Shown in pieces: positions 1-8,905 of a stretch of 35,268 nucleotides of DNA. The stretch spans positions 1 through 35,268 of the forward strand of contig JACQQD010000007.1 of assembly GCA_016207165.1 (NCBI GenBank), read 5' to 3'. Numbering within the stretch: the stretch's first letter is position 1; each line of letters opens with the position of its first letter. The notes under the pieces are model-generated. The model saw only the letters and a list, made by a program, of their open reading frames with translations. It was not told the DNA's origin and searched no databases. The translations under genes were made by a program, and so were the position numbers. This DNA is from Candidatus Micrarchaeota archaeon. GTDB taxonomy: Archaea > Micrarchaeota > Micrarchaeia > Norongarragalinales > Norongarragalinaceae.

Positions 1-137
1 GCCATGAAAAGCCCAGCGGCCACTACCGCCGGGTTTTCGGAAAGCGATTCACCGGAAACAAAGCCCACGGTCAGCATCAACGCGAAAAATACCAGTGCAT
101 GGTGTTCCCATCCACTCCCGGAAATGTTGGCATCCAT
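1..137 (-). CDS. N-terminus of a probable membrane protein, truncated by the window edge
   Basis: Manual translation from the ATG at 137 gives MDANISGSGWEHHALVFFALMLTVGFVSGESLSENPAVVAAGLFMA..., open to the edge and hydrophobic; divergent from the TrmB gene. Confidence 0.5.
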   Translation of the reverse strand, partial: MDANISGSGWEHHALVFFALMLTVGFVSGESLSENPAVVAAGLFM

Positions 138-191
138 GCCACGAAAATGGTCCGGACGGCTTTTCTTGAATTGTGGGGGATAAACCACCAC

Positions 192-202
192 AAATATAAA
201 TA
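192..202 (+). promoter_or_regulatory. Putative TATA box for the TrmB-family gene
   Basis: AAATATAAATA 20-30 nt upstream of the ATG at 222. Confidence 0.45.
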
Positions 203-221
203 TGGCCTTCCTAGCGTCTTC

Positions 222-971
222 ATGCAGTTCCAGGATGGCATTGCGGCGCTCCGGAAACTAGGTTTGGGCGAGCCGGAGGCCCGCATTTATGCGGCGCTGG
301 CGGAACTGGGCCCGTCCACCGCCGAACGCTTGGCCCAATTCACAGGCATCCACCGCCGGACGGTGTACGACGCCGTTTCTTTGTTGTCGTCCAACGGGTT
401 GGTGGCTCCGGCGTTTCTTGAGGGAAAAAAGCGTTTCATGACCACGGGTTCCGCCGCCCTTTTGTCTTGGGTGGAGGAAAACAAGGCGTTGGCGCAGGAA
501 TTCGTGGCCATGCAGGAAAAAAAGAAGACAGGGCAATTGCCCAAACCCGTCGTGCGCGTGTTCGTGGGAAAGCAGGCGCTCAAAACCGTGTGGTGGGAGA
601 AGCTCGAAGAAGGGAAACCCATTTACTGGTATGCCGGCGCGATGCAGGGAGCGCGAGGCATCATGAAGGATTTTTACCCCATTTGGCGCGCCCGCCGCGT
701 CAGGAAAAACGTGCCTGTCAAAATGATTTTCGTCGATGTGCCTGAGGTCTATGACTTCATCAAGGACGAGCGGTTCTTCGAGGGCAGAAGCATTCCGGCC
801 GAGCGTTACTCGGATTCGCCGTGGTGGCTGTACGGCGACAAGATGGCGATTGTGTTCTGGCGCGAGGAGCCCTTGGCCATCGTCATTCAGGACGCGGAAT
901 TGGCGCGCACCTACCGCCACTTTTTTGAAGTCGCATGGAAGGACGCCAAGCCCCGCGTCAAGAACCGGTAG
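222..971 (+). CDS. TrmB-family transcriptional regulator
   Basis: N-terminal winged HTH signature LRKLGLGEPEARIYAALAELGPSTAERLAQFTGIHRRTVYDAV plus a C-terminal effector-domain-like region (YGDKMAIV...IVIQDAELARTYRHFFE); the ATG at 222 is preferred over 99. Confidence 0.85.
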   Translation: MQFQDGIAALRKLGLGEPEARIYAALAELGPSTAERLAQFTGIHRRTVYDAVSLLSSNGLVAPAFLEGKKRFMTTGSAALLSWVEENKALAQEFVAMQEKKKTGQLPKPVVRVFVGKQALKTVWWEKLEEGKPIYWYAGAMQGARGIMKDFYPIWRARRVRKNVPVKMIFVDVPEVYDFIKDERFFEGRSIPAERYSDSPWWLYGDKMAIVFWREEPLAIVIQDAELARTYRHFFEVAWKDAKPRVKNR

Positions 972-1066
972 AACTTTTTTCTACCCAATGTTTTTCAAGT
1001 CCTTAAGGCCCATGGCCTCATATGGAATTAAGAGGGTTTAAGTTATCAGCAAACCATATAATCAAA

Positions 1067-1279
1067 ATGGCAAAAGGAATCAAGACGACGCTGTTAATTC
1101 AGGACGAATTGTACGAGTTGCTGGTAGAAGAATCAAAGCAAAAATACGGGTCCCTCCGGAGAGTGTCGGAAACATTGAACGACATCCTGCGGGCGCATTT
1201 TGCAAAAAGGAATGATTTTTTTGGGATTTCCAAGCCATTTGACGAGCCGTTTGTGCGCGACAAGGCGGACCGGGTTTGA
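1067..1279 (+). CDS. Putative antitoxin (VapB/RHH-like)
   Basis: 70 aa with an RHH-like start (KTTLLIQDELYELL), 3 nt upstream of a PIN-domain gene. Confidence 0.7.
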   Translation: MAKGIKTTLLIQDELYELLVEESKQKYGSLRRVSETLNDILRAHFAKRNDFFGISKPFDEPFVRDKADRV

Positions 1280-1282
1280 CGT

Positions 1283-1657
1283 ATGCATCTTCTTGATTCC
1301 TCGGTTTGGATTGACTATTTTACCGGTGCGCCATGGACTCGTCAAGTGGCGTCCATCGTTCAGTCCAGCGAACCCATTTTCCTGTCCGTAGTAAATCTGG
1401 TTGAAATCTACTCCAAGTACTTGTTACGCTCGGAATCTGAGGCTGAAAAAATCAAGCGAATTCTGCTTTCCCGCTGTCGTATCATTGAAGTGAACCAAGA
1501 CATCGCCTTGCAAGCATCAGCGCTCAAAGCCAAACACACCATGGCCATTGCTGACGCCATGATTTTGGCGACGGCAAGAAGCCAAGGCGTTTCCCTGTTG
1601 ACGTACGACTCGGACTTCCAGGGTCTCAAAGGCGTCCGCGTCCTGAAGCGCCGCTAG
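1283..1657 (+). CDS. vapC: VapC/PIN-domain ribonuclease toxin
   Basis: PIN motifs LLDSSVWI, NLVEI, ADAMILATA, LLTYDSDF. Confidence 0.9.
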   Translation: MHLLDSSVWIDYFTGAPWTRQVASIVQSSEPIFLSVVNLVEIYSKYLLRSESEAEKIKRILLSRCRIIEVNQDIALQASALKAKHTMAIADAMILATARSQGVSLLTYDSDFQGLKGVRVLKRR

Positions 1658-2244
1658 GGCCCAAAGCCCATCTTTTCCAGTTCCTTCTCCGCGCTTTTGG
1701 CGTCCTTGAACACGATGCCGTGGATTCCCAACTTTTTGGCGGCCGCCACATTTTCCTCCAAGTCGTCCAAAAAGACGGTGTTTGCGGCGGTGGAATGGGT
1801 TTCCTTCAAAATGATTTGGTAGAGCCGTTCGTCGGGTTTCTTGATTCCGTACTGGCCGGAATAGTACACGTAATCGTATACGTGGGAAAAACCCCACTTG
1901 CGGGACCAAAGCGAAAACAATTCGGGCCCCATGTTGGTCAGCGCCGCCACCTTGTATTTTTTCCGCAAGCGTTGGATGAGGTCCTTGGTGCCTTCGACCT
2001 CGTACAACGCTTCCAGGTTCATGTCGCCGGAGATGTACACCCCATGGATGTCGAACAGCACGGTTTTCTTGACCAGATACTTCTTGATCGTGGGCCGGAT
2101 GAACGACGCCACAAGATACGCGATGACGACCAGGGCCAAGCCGGCGACAAAATCGGATGCCAGCGGGAGGAAAACGATGGTGACAAACGCGGTGAGAATC
2201 AAGTGCCACCAGTCGACGAACACGGATACGCCCTTGAAAACCAT
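1654..2244 (-). CDS. HAD-superfamily hydrolase with N-terminal transmembrane segments
   Basis: Motif I-like LFDIHGV, motif II LTN, motif III KKPD, motif IV FLDDLEENV; about 45-aa hydrophobic N-terminus. Confidence 0.8.
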   Translation of the reverse strand: MVFKGVSVFVDWWHLILTAFVTIVFLPLASDFVAGLALVVIAYLVASFIRPTIKKYLVKKTVLFDIHGVYISGDMNLEALYEVEGTKDLIQRLRKKYKVAALTNMGPELFSLWSRKWGFSHVYDYVYYSGQYGIKKPDERLYQIILKETHSTAANTVFLDDLEENVAAAKKLGIHGIVFKDAKSAEKELEKMGFGP

Positions 2245-2282
2245 GTGGAAATAGTTTCTCGGTTCCCTGTTTTATAGCCTTG

Positions 2283-3353
2283 TCACGGGTAAAAGTCAAG
2301 CCGCGGGTCCCAAATCTTGCGCCAGTACGCCTTGCGGTTTTTCTCGCCTTTCGGCGGGTTCCACGTGGCGTATCCTTGCGCGAATGTCCTGCTTTTCCCC
2401 GCTTCAAGCAATGTTTTCGTCGGCCTCCAGTCCCATTCCGCGCGCTCGCAGAGTTTTTTGAACGCGTAGCAACGAATCCACAGCGACTTCTCAATGATTT
2501 TTTCTTCCGGCATTTTCAAAAGCGCCGTCCACTGCGCCTTGGCCGTCTCGGCAATCCCGTCGGTCAACTCGTCTACTTCTTCAAGGTCCGTCACGCTTTT
2601 TTCGTCCACCAGGAGACGCCAGCCTTTCAGCGCGTTCACGGCGTTGCCGTCAAAACGCGTGTGGCAGGAAATCAAGTCAACGGAAATGGTGATGCCTTCG
2701 TACGCCTGGAACCAGTCCAGCCGCTTGAAAGGCATTTTTCTGGCTTCGGGCCACAGCAAGTCGGGCTTGAGGTCCGGAGCGGCTTTGTGCAGCAACGCGG
2801 TCTTGTCGTCAAGCCGGTACGGGCCGTCGTTGACCGCGCCAATGCCCATGAAAAAATCCAGGTACCACGCCGCCGCCAAGTTGTACGATGCGTTGTACAG
2901 TTTCCCAAGACTTCGAGCCGCTGACACCGTCCCTTCCTGGAATGGCTGCGTCATGGTTTGACGGATTTTTTCGTCGGAATCCAGGATGCACTCGCGTTTT
3001 TTTCCGAAGGGGTTGTGTTTGAAGCCCGCACGGAAAACGTTTTCAAAAAAACGCGCTGTGCGCAAACGTTTTTCCCTAGGCCAGCGCGCCGCTTTCATGG
3101 TTTCCAAAACGAAGAAAAAGTGCTCCCATGCCAGCGCCGGCGAAAACGCGTCGGCGATGTCCGAGAAAGGGATTTGGCGTTCCTCGCACGCGTCCATCAA
3201 GCCTTCGAACCACTCCAGCCACTCTGCGGCGGCCAACGGCATGACGTGTTGGTGCGAACAGGGCTGAAGCGTCGAGAAATCCATGTTGCCCAAGGCCGCT
3301 TCCACGGCGTCCAGGTACTCATCCAACCAAGAATACGATTCCTTTTCCACCAT
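2283..3353 (-). CDS. Hypothetical protein (356 aa)
   Basis: Long, protein-like ORF co-oriented between the PEP-mobile-domain gene and the HAD gene; start uncertain; no motif recognised. Confidence 0.7.
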   Translation of the reverse strand: MVEKESYSWLDEYLDAVEAALGNMDFSTLQPCSHQHVMPLAAAEWLEWFEGLMDACEERQIPFSDIADAFSPALAWEHFFFVLETMKAARWPREKRLRTARFFENVFRAGFKHNPFGKKRECILDSDEKIRQTMTQPFQEGTVSAARSLGKLYNASYNLAAAWYLDFFMGIGAVNDGPYRLDDKTALLHKAAPDLKPDLLWPEARKMPFKRLDWFQAYEGITISVDLISCHTRFDGNAVNALKGWRLLVDEKSVTDLEEVDELTDGIAETAKAQWTALLKMPEEKIIEKSLWIRCYAFKKLCERAEWDWRPTKTLLEAGKSRTFAQGYATWNPPKGEKNRKAYWRKIWDPRLDFYP

Positions 3354-3645
3354 CGACTTGCACGTCCACGCCGTTCTTGAGAGTCTTCGTCGCGGTCTTC
3401 GCGTTCACAACGCAGGGAATCCCCAGTTCCCGCGACAAGATGGATGGGTGACTCGTCATTCCCCCAATGTCGCAGACAATGGCCGCCGCTTTATTCATCA
3501 TCAACACCATGGTTGGATCCGTGATGCGCGTGACGAGCACTTCGCCCTCCCGGAAATCCGCTTCTTCATCCGTCCCCGAAACGATGCGGACTTTTCCTTT
3601 GGCGATGCCGGGCGACGTGCCTAATCCGGAAAGGATCTTTCTCAT
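3319..3645 (-). CDS. Stand-alone PEP-utilising enzyme mobile (phospho-His swivel) domain protein
   Basis: G...SPGIAKGKVRIV, GEVLVTRITDP, and GGMTSHPSILSRELGIPCVV containing the phospho-accepting His. Confidence 0.9.
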   Translation of the reverse strand: MRKILSGLGTSPGIAKGKVRIVSGTDEEADFREGEVLVTRITDPTMVLMMNKAAAIVCDIGGMTSHPSILSRELGIPCVVNAKTATKTLKNGVDVQVDGGKGIVFLVG

Positions 3646-3700
3646 TTGGTACTCTTGGCCAACGTCACCTTATTATCCGTTCGTTGGATTTGCTTATCCC

Positions 3701-5155
3701 ATGGACCCCGTGGAAACCAGCCGCCGCTTGTCCGAGCACGGCATTTCGGGCCACCATTCCTTCAATCCAGCTCTTAGAGCCCATTTCCTGGAGGGCCTGG
3801 AACATAAGTCCCGCAACAAGCGCATCAATCCGGAGGCGCTCCGCCGGTTCTTCGACCACTTTGAACGCGTCCGCGATCACGCAGGCAACGATTCCACGAT
3901 TCGGTCCGCGTTGGCCGAATTGGAGGACCATGAACCCGGAGCCACTCCGCCCAAGCAAGTCCTTCAACAGCTTTCAAGGCGACTGGTTGAACTAGGTACG
4001 CCCTTGGGCGTCATGCCGCTAGACGTCGTGCCGACTCCGGCTTCTTTCGACGTTTCCCTTCCTGACTTGCCGCCGGCTCCAAAACCTCCCGCCAGGCCAG
4101 AAGCACTCCGTGTTTCTGCGGCTCCATCCAAGTCCCCGGCCATTGAGTCCCGTGCTTTTCCGGGTTTTCCGCCGCGTCCTTCACGCGATTCAGCCAGCAT
4201 GGACCCGGAAAAACCGTGGCGAATATCCCGTGAACGCTTTGACAAGATCCGGCCCCGTCGGCCCTCCGAAGTAGGCGTTCCAGCTGGAGGCAACGCTTCT
4301 TCTGGACCGCAGGAACCGACTTTAACCCCACCCAAAAAATCCGCTCCTACCCAGAAGAAAAAACCTAGGCCCACGCCCCGTGAACCTGGTGACGCGGTAT
4401 CGGTGCTCCAAGAGTGGACGCCGCCGAAACGCCTTAAGGTCGTGTACCATTTACCTCAGCCACCCCGCCCAAATGTGTTGAGTCGTTTGGCCATGACGGC
4501 GTTGATTCGTTCCACGCGGAGGGCCCGGCGCCGCCATTGGAGCGAGTTGATTGGGAAGGCGTTGCGCGGCGAGCCGGTTTCCCTGTGTTTCGTGTCGGAT
4601 TTGGACATGGATGTCGGGCCTTTCGCGCGTTTCGCAACGGCTCACGCGTTGGGCCAGTTCCAGGAAGCTCCCGCCAACACGCACGTCTCGGTATCGTCCA
4701 AGGGACTTGTCGGAGTCGTGCGGGAAGACGGCGTCAACCCGCTTCATTCTCAAGTCTACGCGTCTTTCGAACACCAAATGGAACGGTTCCCATGGCTGAA
4801 AATGGCGTTGGACGAGTTTCGATCCACTCCGCTTCAGCCGGATTCGTCGGAGTTTCAGGGTCCTGCCGCCCTGATTTTCGGCACCCCCGAACAACGTGAA
4901 TTGTTTTTGGCGTGTTTTAAGGACTTTAAGGTACGCCGGGAAGCCGCCCAGAAGTCGTTCGTCTTACCGCGCCTGGTTTCCTCCAAACGCCGCCGAAAGC
5001 CCCGAGGCATCCCGGATTTCGACTTGCTTGACCTTCCCGAATCCCCGTATTCCCCGGACGCCTACCAAGCCGTCATCCAGGCCGACATTCTTTCCTACAC
5101 GGAAGAACTCGCCAGGAAAATCGCCCAGCGCTTCACGCCGTCACAAAATCCCTAG
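3701..5155 (+). CDS. Hypothetical protein with a Pro/Ser/Arg-rich central linker
   Basis: Long ORF; ATG at 3701 chosen to avoid overlap with the divergent gene; no family recognised. Confidence 0.65.
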   Translation: MDPVETSRRLSEHGISGHHSFNPALRAHFLEGLEHKSRNKRINPEALRRFFDHFERVRDHAGNDSTIRSALAELEDHEPGATPPKQVLQQLSRRLVELGTPLGVMPLDVVPTPASFDVSLPDLPPAPKPPARPEALRVSAAPSKSPAIESRAFPGFPPRPSRDSASMDPEKPWRISRERFDKIRPRRPSEVGVPAGGNASSGPQEPTLTPPKKSAPTQKKKPRPTPREPGDAVSVLQEWTPPKRLKVVYHLPQPPRPNVLSRLAMTALIRSTRRARRRHWSELIGKALRGEPVSLCFVSDLDMDVGPFARFATAHALGQFQEAPANTHVSVSSKGLVGVVREDGVNPLHSQVYASFEHQMERFPWLKMALDEFRSTPLQPDSSEFQGPAALIFGTPEQRELFLACFKDFKVRREAAQKSFVLPRLVSSKRRRKPRGIPDFDLLDLPESPYSPDAYQAVIQADILSYTEELARKIAQRFTPSQNP

Positions 5156-5764
5156 CGTTTTCCGCACGTCTTCCGAGGAAACCTGTTCGAAATCCTCGTA
5201 GAATTGGCCCACCGCGTAAAAGTTGGGGGTGACGTGGGGACACAAAAATTCGTCCACCTGCGTCTTAATTTCTTCGGCGGCGTCCGTGGGAGCGCATCCA
5301 ATGGCCACCACGACCTTGGCTGTCCCTTGCCTTTTCAGCCACATCAATCCGGCTTTCAGCGTGGCGCCGGTGGCCATGCCGTCGTCAACGACGACCACGG
5401 TTTTTCCCGTCAACGCCGGCATTTCATGGGCGCCAAAGGCTTTTTTGCGGGTTCGCACTTCCTCGGTTTTTTCCTGCACCATTTTTTCCAGGTATTCGGG
5501 GTCCGGCTGGATTTGCTTCAAAAGCGAGTCGTTCCACACGGGTTTTTCGTCGGGTCCAATGGCTCCAAGCGCCAATTCTTCTTGGCCGGGCGCGCCGATT
5601 TTTCGGACGATCAACACGGAAAACGGCGCGTTCAGGGCGGAGGCAATGGGTTGGGCCACCAGAACGCCGCCGCGGGGAATGCCCAATACGACGACGCGTT
5701 GGCTTTTCAAGTGCGTCAATTGTTTGGCCAACTGGTTTCCGGCGTCCAGGCGGTCTTGGAACAT
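5141..5764 (-). CDS. Type I phosphoribosyltransferase family protein
   Basis: MFQDRLDAG start, LGIPRGG, and PRPP-binding loop VVVVDDGMATGAT. Confidence 0.9.
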   Translation of the reverse strand: MFQDRLDAGNQLAKQLTHLKSQRVVVLGIPRGGVLVAQPIASALNAPFSVLIVRKIGAPGQEELALGAIGPDEKPVWNDSLLKQIQPDPEYLEKMVQEKTEEVRTRKKAFGAHEMPALTGKTVVVVDDGMATGATLKAGLMWLKRQGTAKVVVAIGCAPTDAAEEIKTQVDEFLCPHVTPNFYAVGQFYEDFEQVSSEDVRKTLGIL

Positions 5765-5927
5765 CGGATTTCTTTTGTGGCCGCGTGCGTTATTCTGGCT
5801 TTTGGATGGATGAGTCCGCACACCCGGCTTTCCGCAATGTTTTGGAAGTCACGCCGCCTTTACGTGTTTTTTAGTTCCAACCGCTTTTTGCATCTTTTGG
5901 GTGCGGCTTACGTAGCGGCCTTTGCGT

Positions 5928-6079
5928 TATAGCAAGACCGACAAATGAAACAAACCGCCAAACGGTTTGTTGCATGCTGCAAGCCGTTATCGGCTTGCAT
6001 CATTTTACGACGAATAGGTCGGTCTTGCTAGACAGCAAACCATGACTATTAAGTCGGGAAACTTTCATGGTTTGCTGTA
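5928..6079. repeat. Paired palindromic repeat element, copy 1 (MITE/REP-like)
   Basis: TA + TAGCAAGACCGAC...GTCGGTCTTGCTA (5930-6030) + GA + CAGCAAACCATGA...TCATGGTTTGCTG (6033-6077) + TA; homologous to 19813-19906 and 33179-33330. Confidence 0.9.
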
Positions 6080-6100
6080 ACCTTGTCCGCCGGTTGTTGT

Positions 6101-8905
6101 CTAACTGTTCGTGCGGATGGTGATTGCGCTGTCCACTTCGTCTTGACCGAGGCGTACGCTGACGAGGGCGAAACTGAGCACGGTTTGGCCACCGCTTTTA
6201 TACGTCAACCCCGCGTTGGGCCCGCAGTCTTGTCCCCCTTCAAAGCAGGCGGGCTGCACTTGGATTCTTTCTACGTGGGAGCCATCGGCTTTGAAGACCT
6301 CGAAGTCTACCGGCACTTCAAACGTGTATTGCGGGGATACTTTTTGATCCGCCATTTTGTTGGCGTACGTTCCCCAGGGCACGCCGTCGCCCACCACAAT
6401 GCCGAACTTGACGCTGTAGCCGCTTGAAAACGTTACGCAATCGCCCAATTTGAGGGTCTGCGTTCCAGACGCAGTCGGGCAGGATGCCGGTTTTTCGTTG
6501 GTCCGCGAGAAACGCGTGTAGTAATTCCAGTTGGCCACGGGTTTGAGGACTTTTTGTGCGGCGGCGGGTTTGAATTCCACGGCGTGCATGGCGCTGGTTT
6601 CGTACTGGTACGCGATGCCTTTCGTGCTCGGGTCCACATCGATGACGCGCTTGTTTCCGGAGTCGGAAATCAGCCAGTGCCCGTTGGATCGAACCGTAGC
6701 GCTTTGCGGGTCATTCAATTGGTTGGCTCCGGCGCCCTTGGTTCCCGTTGTGCCGTACTGGTTCACGATGGCGCCTGTGGCGGGGTCGACTTGGATGACG
6801 CGTTGGCTGCCCGAATCCGTGATGAGCCAGTGGCCGTTGGGCATTTCAACCGCCCGGCTTGGGTGCTTCAGTCCCGTGAATTGGCGCACGATGGCGCCTG
6901 TGGAGGGGTCAACTTGGATGACGCGGTGGTTGTCGTACTGTTCCAAGTAACTGTCTCCGTCGGTGACCAGCCAGTGGCCGTTGGATAATTCGACCACGTC
7001 GCGGGGGTTGAATCGTTCGTCCACGGTGTTTTCAAAGACGCCCTGGTTGTCCGGCGGCTCGTATTTTCGCACGATGGCGGTCGCGTCGCTGGGTTCTTTG
7101 GCGGGGTCAATTTCGATGATGCGTGCGTTGGCGGTGTCCGCCACCAGGATGTGGGCATTTTTCATGGGTACGGCGGCGCGGGGGCTGTCCAAGTAACCGG
7201 ATCCATTCCCGCGGGAGCCTTGCTCTCCGGTCACCCAGTAGGGAAATTCTCCGTACTGGTAGACGTTCTTGTTCGTGCTCGGGTCCACTTGCACGACGCG
7301 GTAGTGCTCCAAATCGGTAATCAGGATGTGACCGTTTGGCATTCCGACGGCGGACGTCGGAATTCTTAGTGCCGACGGGCCGACGCTTCCGGAGTACAAG
7401 TACGCGACGGCTTCCGGTTCAGAAACCGGTTTGGCGGGATCCACTACGATCACGCGGAAGCCTTTCTCGTCGGTAATCAGGATGCCGTTTTGGGGCGGCG
7501 TCGCCAGTTTTTCGATGGCTGCGGGCGCCGGCGTTACGCTGGGCTGGGGTGTCGTCGTGGGAGCCGGGCTTGACGTTGTGGTGGGCTCTGGTTCTGTTGA
7601 AGGCGCCTGGGGAATGAATTGCGTGACGGTTTCTGAAGCCGAAAACCCGCTTCCTTGGACGCTCCAGGAAAGTGGGAATCCGTATTCGGCGTCCAAGCAA
7701 GCCGATCCTTTCAAGTCGGAAAAGGCGTTGCCGCCGAGGCTATTCAATTCGGCCAGTCCTTGGGGGGTCAGCGACAAGGCCAGTCGCGTGCACGTGCGGT
7801 CGCCGAAGATGGACGTGCCTTGGTTTTCCACTTTCAGCAATTCGCTGACGGGCAAATCGGGTGCAAATACTTTGACGGCTTCTTCCAACGCGTTGTTGTC
7901 CAATGCCGCAAAAAGCTGTTCGACTTGGTCTTGCGTTGGATTAATGCAGTTCTTTGTTCCGGCGGCGGCTTGGATGGGATTCAACTGAGTGGGAGCAAAT
8001 TCGGGGTTGGTCAATACAAGCTGGCCTTCCGAATTTGAAGCGATGGTCTTGGGTTTGGGTGGTGCCGCCGGCCCGGCCGGTACGCCGTTTTCGCATTGGT
8101 AACACGTCGTGTCGGACGTGCAGACTTGGCCGGTGAATTTTGGTCCGGGGTACGTGCATGGATTGGGTGTTGGGGCGGGGGTGGACGTGGCGCCGGTTCC
8201 AGTTGTTGGAGTTGGACTGGGGGTTGCCTGCGTGTTGCGGATGCAGTCAGGCAGGCCTCCGGATTGGAAACCGCAGGCTTCATCCGGCGCGCAACAGGTA
8301 TAAACAAAGTTGGCGCCGCACAGGTGGTAGGGCGGGTTTCCCGGCGGGGTGTAACACGTGTCGGCAAATGACAGCGATTCGGGGGCGGACTGCGTTGCGA
8401 TTCGACTGGACGAGGTCACGCAGATGCTGGACGCGTCGGTCTTGGATAGATGCGCTTGGATGGTCTCGACGGGGTTTGCATCGGAGTCCAGGCTGGTCCA
8501 CGTCACGTCGAAGCTGTCGGTGGTGGCGCTGAAGCTTTTCTGGTAGGATGGCGCGGAAATGAGGCGTTTGACCGTCGATGTGACGTCTTCGTCGTCAAAA
8601 GACATTTCGTCCATGGCACGCAGGGCCAATGAAAACGATCCTTGGCCTTCCGTAGTCATTTGGTAGGCTTTCGGGGCACTGGTTTTCATTTCCGCAAGTC
8701 CAGCAAGGAATCCGCCGGAGACGGGGACTTCTTGTTGGGCTTGTTTTACGGCTTGGCTTCCAACGGGTTCTGGAGTCGGAGTAGGGGCTTCAGTTGGTAA
8801 GGCCGTTGGCGTCGCCGTCGGAGTGGCGGTTCCACCCAGGCAACCGAAAACCAGTATGCTGGCGGCCAAAACCGCGAAAAGACCCCATTTCATTGGAAAA
8901 ACCAC
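6101..8905 (-). CDS. Large surface lipoprotein with Pro/Thr linkers, Cys-rich modules and NHL-like beta-propeller repeats
   Basis: Signal peptide with lipobox-like LVFGC; PT repeats; repeated NGHWLITDSG.QRVIQVDP.TGAIV units. Confidence 0.8.
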   Translation of the reverse strand: MVFPMKWGLFAVLAASILVFGCLGGTATPTATPTALPTEAPTPTPEPVGSQAVKQAQQEVPVSGGFLAGLAEMKTSAPKAYQMTTEGQGSFSLALRAMDEMSFDDEDVTSTVKRLISAPSYQKSFSATTDSFDVTWTSLDSDANPVETIQAHLSKTDASSICVTSSSRIATQSAPESLSFADTCYTPPGNPPYHLCGANFVYTCCAPDEACGFQSGGLPDCIRNTQATPSPTPTTGTGATSTPAPTPNPCTYPGPKFTGQVCTSDTTCYQCENGVPAGPAAPPKPKTIASNSEGQLVLTNPEFAPTQLNPIQAAAGTKNCINPTQDQVEQLFAALDNNALEEAVKVFAPDLPVSELLKVENQGTSIFGDRTCTRLALSLTPQGLAELNSLGGNAFSDLKGSACLDAEYGFPLSWSVQGSGFSASETVTQFIPQAPSTEPEPTTTSSPAPTTTPQPSVTPAPAAIEKLATPPQNGILITDEKGFRVIVVDPAKPVSEPEAVAYLYSGSVGPSALRIPTSAVGMPNGHILITDLEHYRVVQVDPSTNKNVYQYGEFPYWVTGEQGSRGNGSGYLDSPRAAVPMKNAHILVADTANARIIEIDPAKEPSDATAIVRKYEPPDNQGVFENTVDERFNPRDVVELSNGHWLVTDGDSYLEQYDNHRVIQVDPSTGAIVRQFTGLKHPSRAVEMPNGHWLITDSGSQRVIQVDPATGAIVNQYGTTGTKGAGANQLNDPQSATVRSNGHWLISDSGNKRVIDVDPSTKGIAYQYETSAMHAVEFKPAAAQKVLKPVANWNYYTRFSRTNEKPASCPTASGTQTLKLGDCVTFSSGYSVKFGIVVGDGVPWGTYANKMADQKVSPQYTFEVPVDFEVFKADGSHVERIQVQPACFEGGQDCGPNAGLTYKSGGQTVLSFALVSVRLGQDEVDSAITIRTNS

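Noticed and set aside
1047-1057. CAGCAAACCAT in the vapBC promoter region, identical to 11 nt of a repeat arm
   Set aside because: Single half-site with no matching full partner arm; could be chance
5928-6079. CRISPR array or hammerhead ribozyme interpretation of the palindromic repeats
   Set aside because: No regularly spaced direct repeats with unique spacers, no cas genes, and no CUGANGA/GAAA core in the required arrangement
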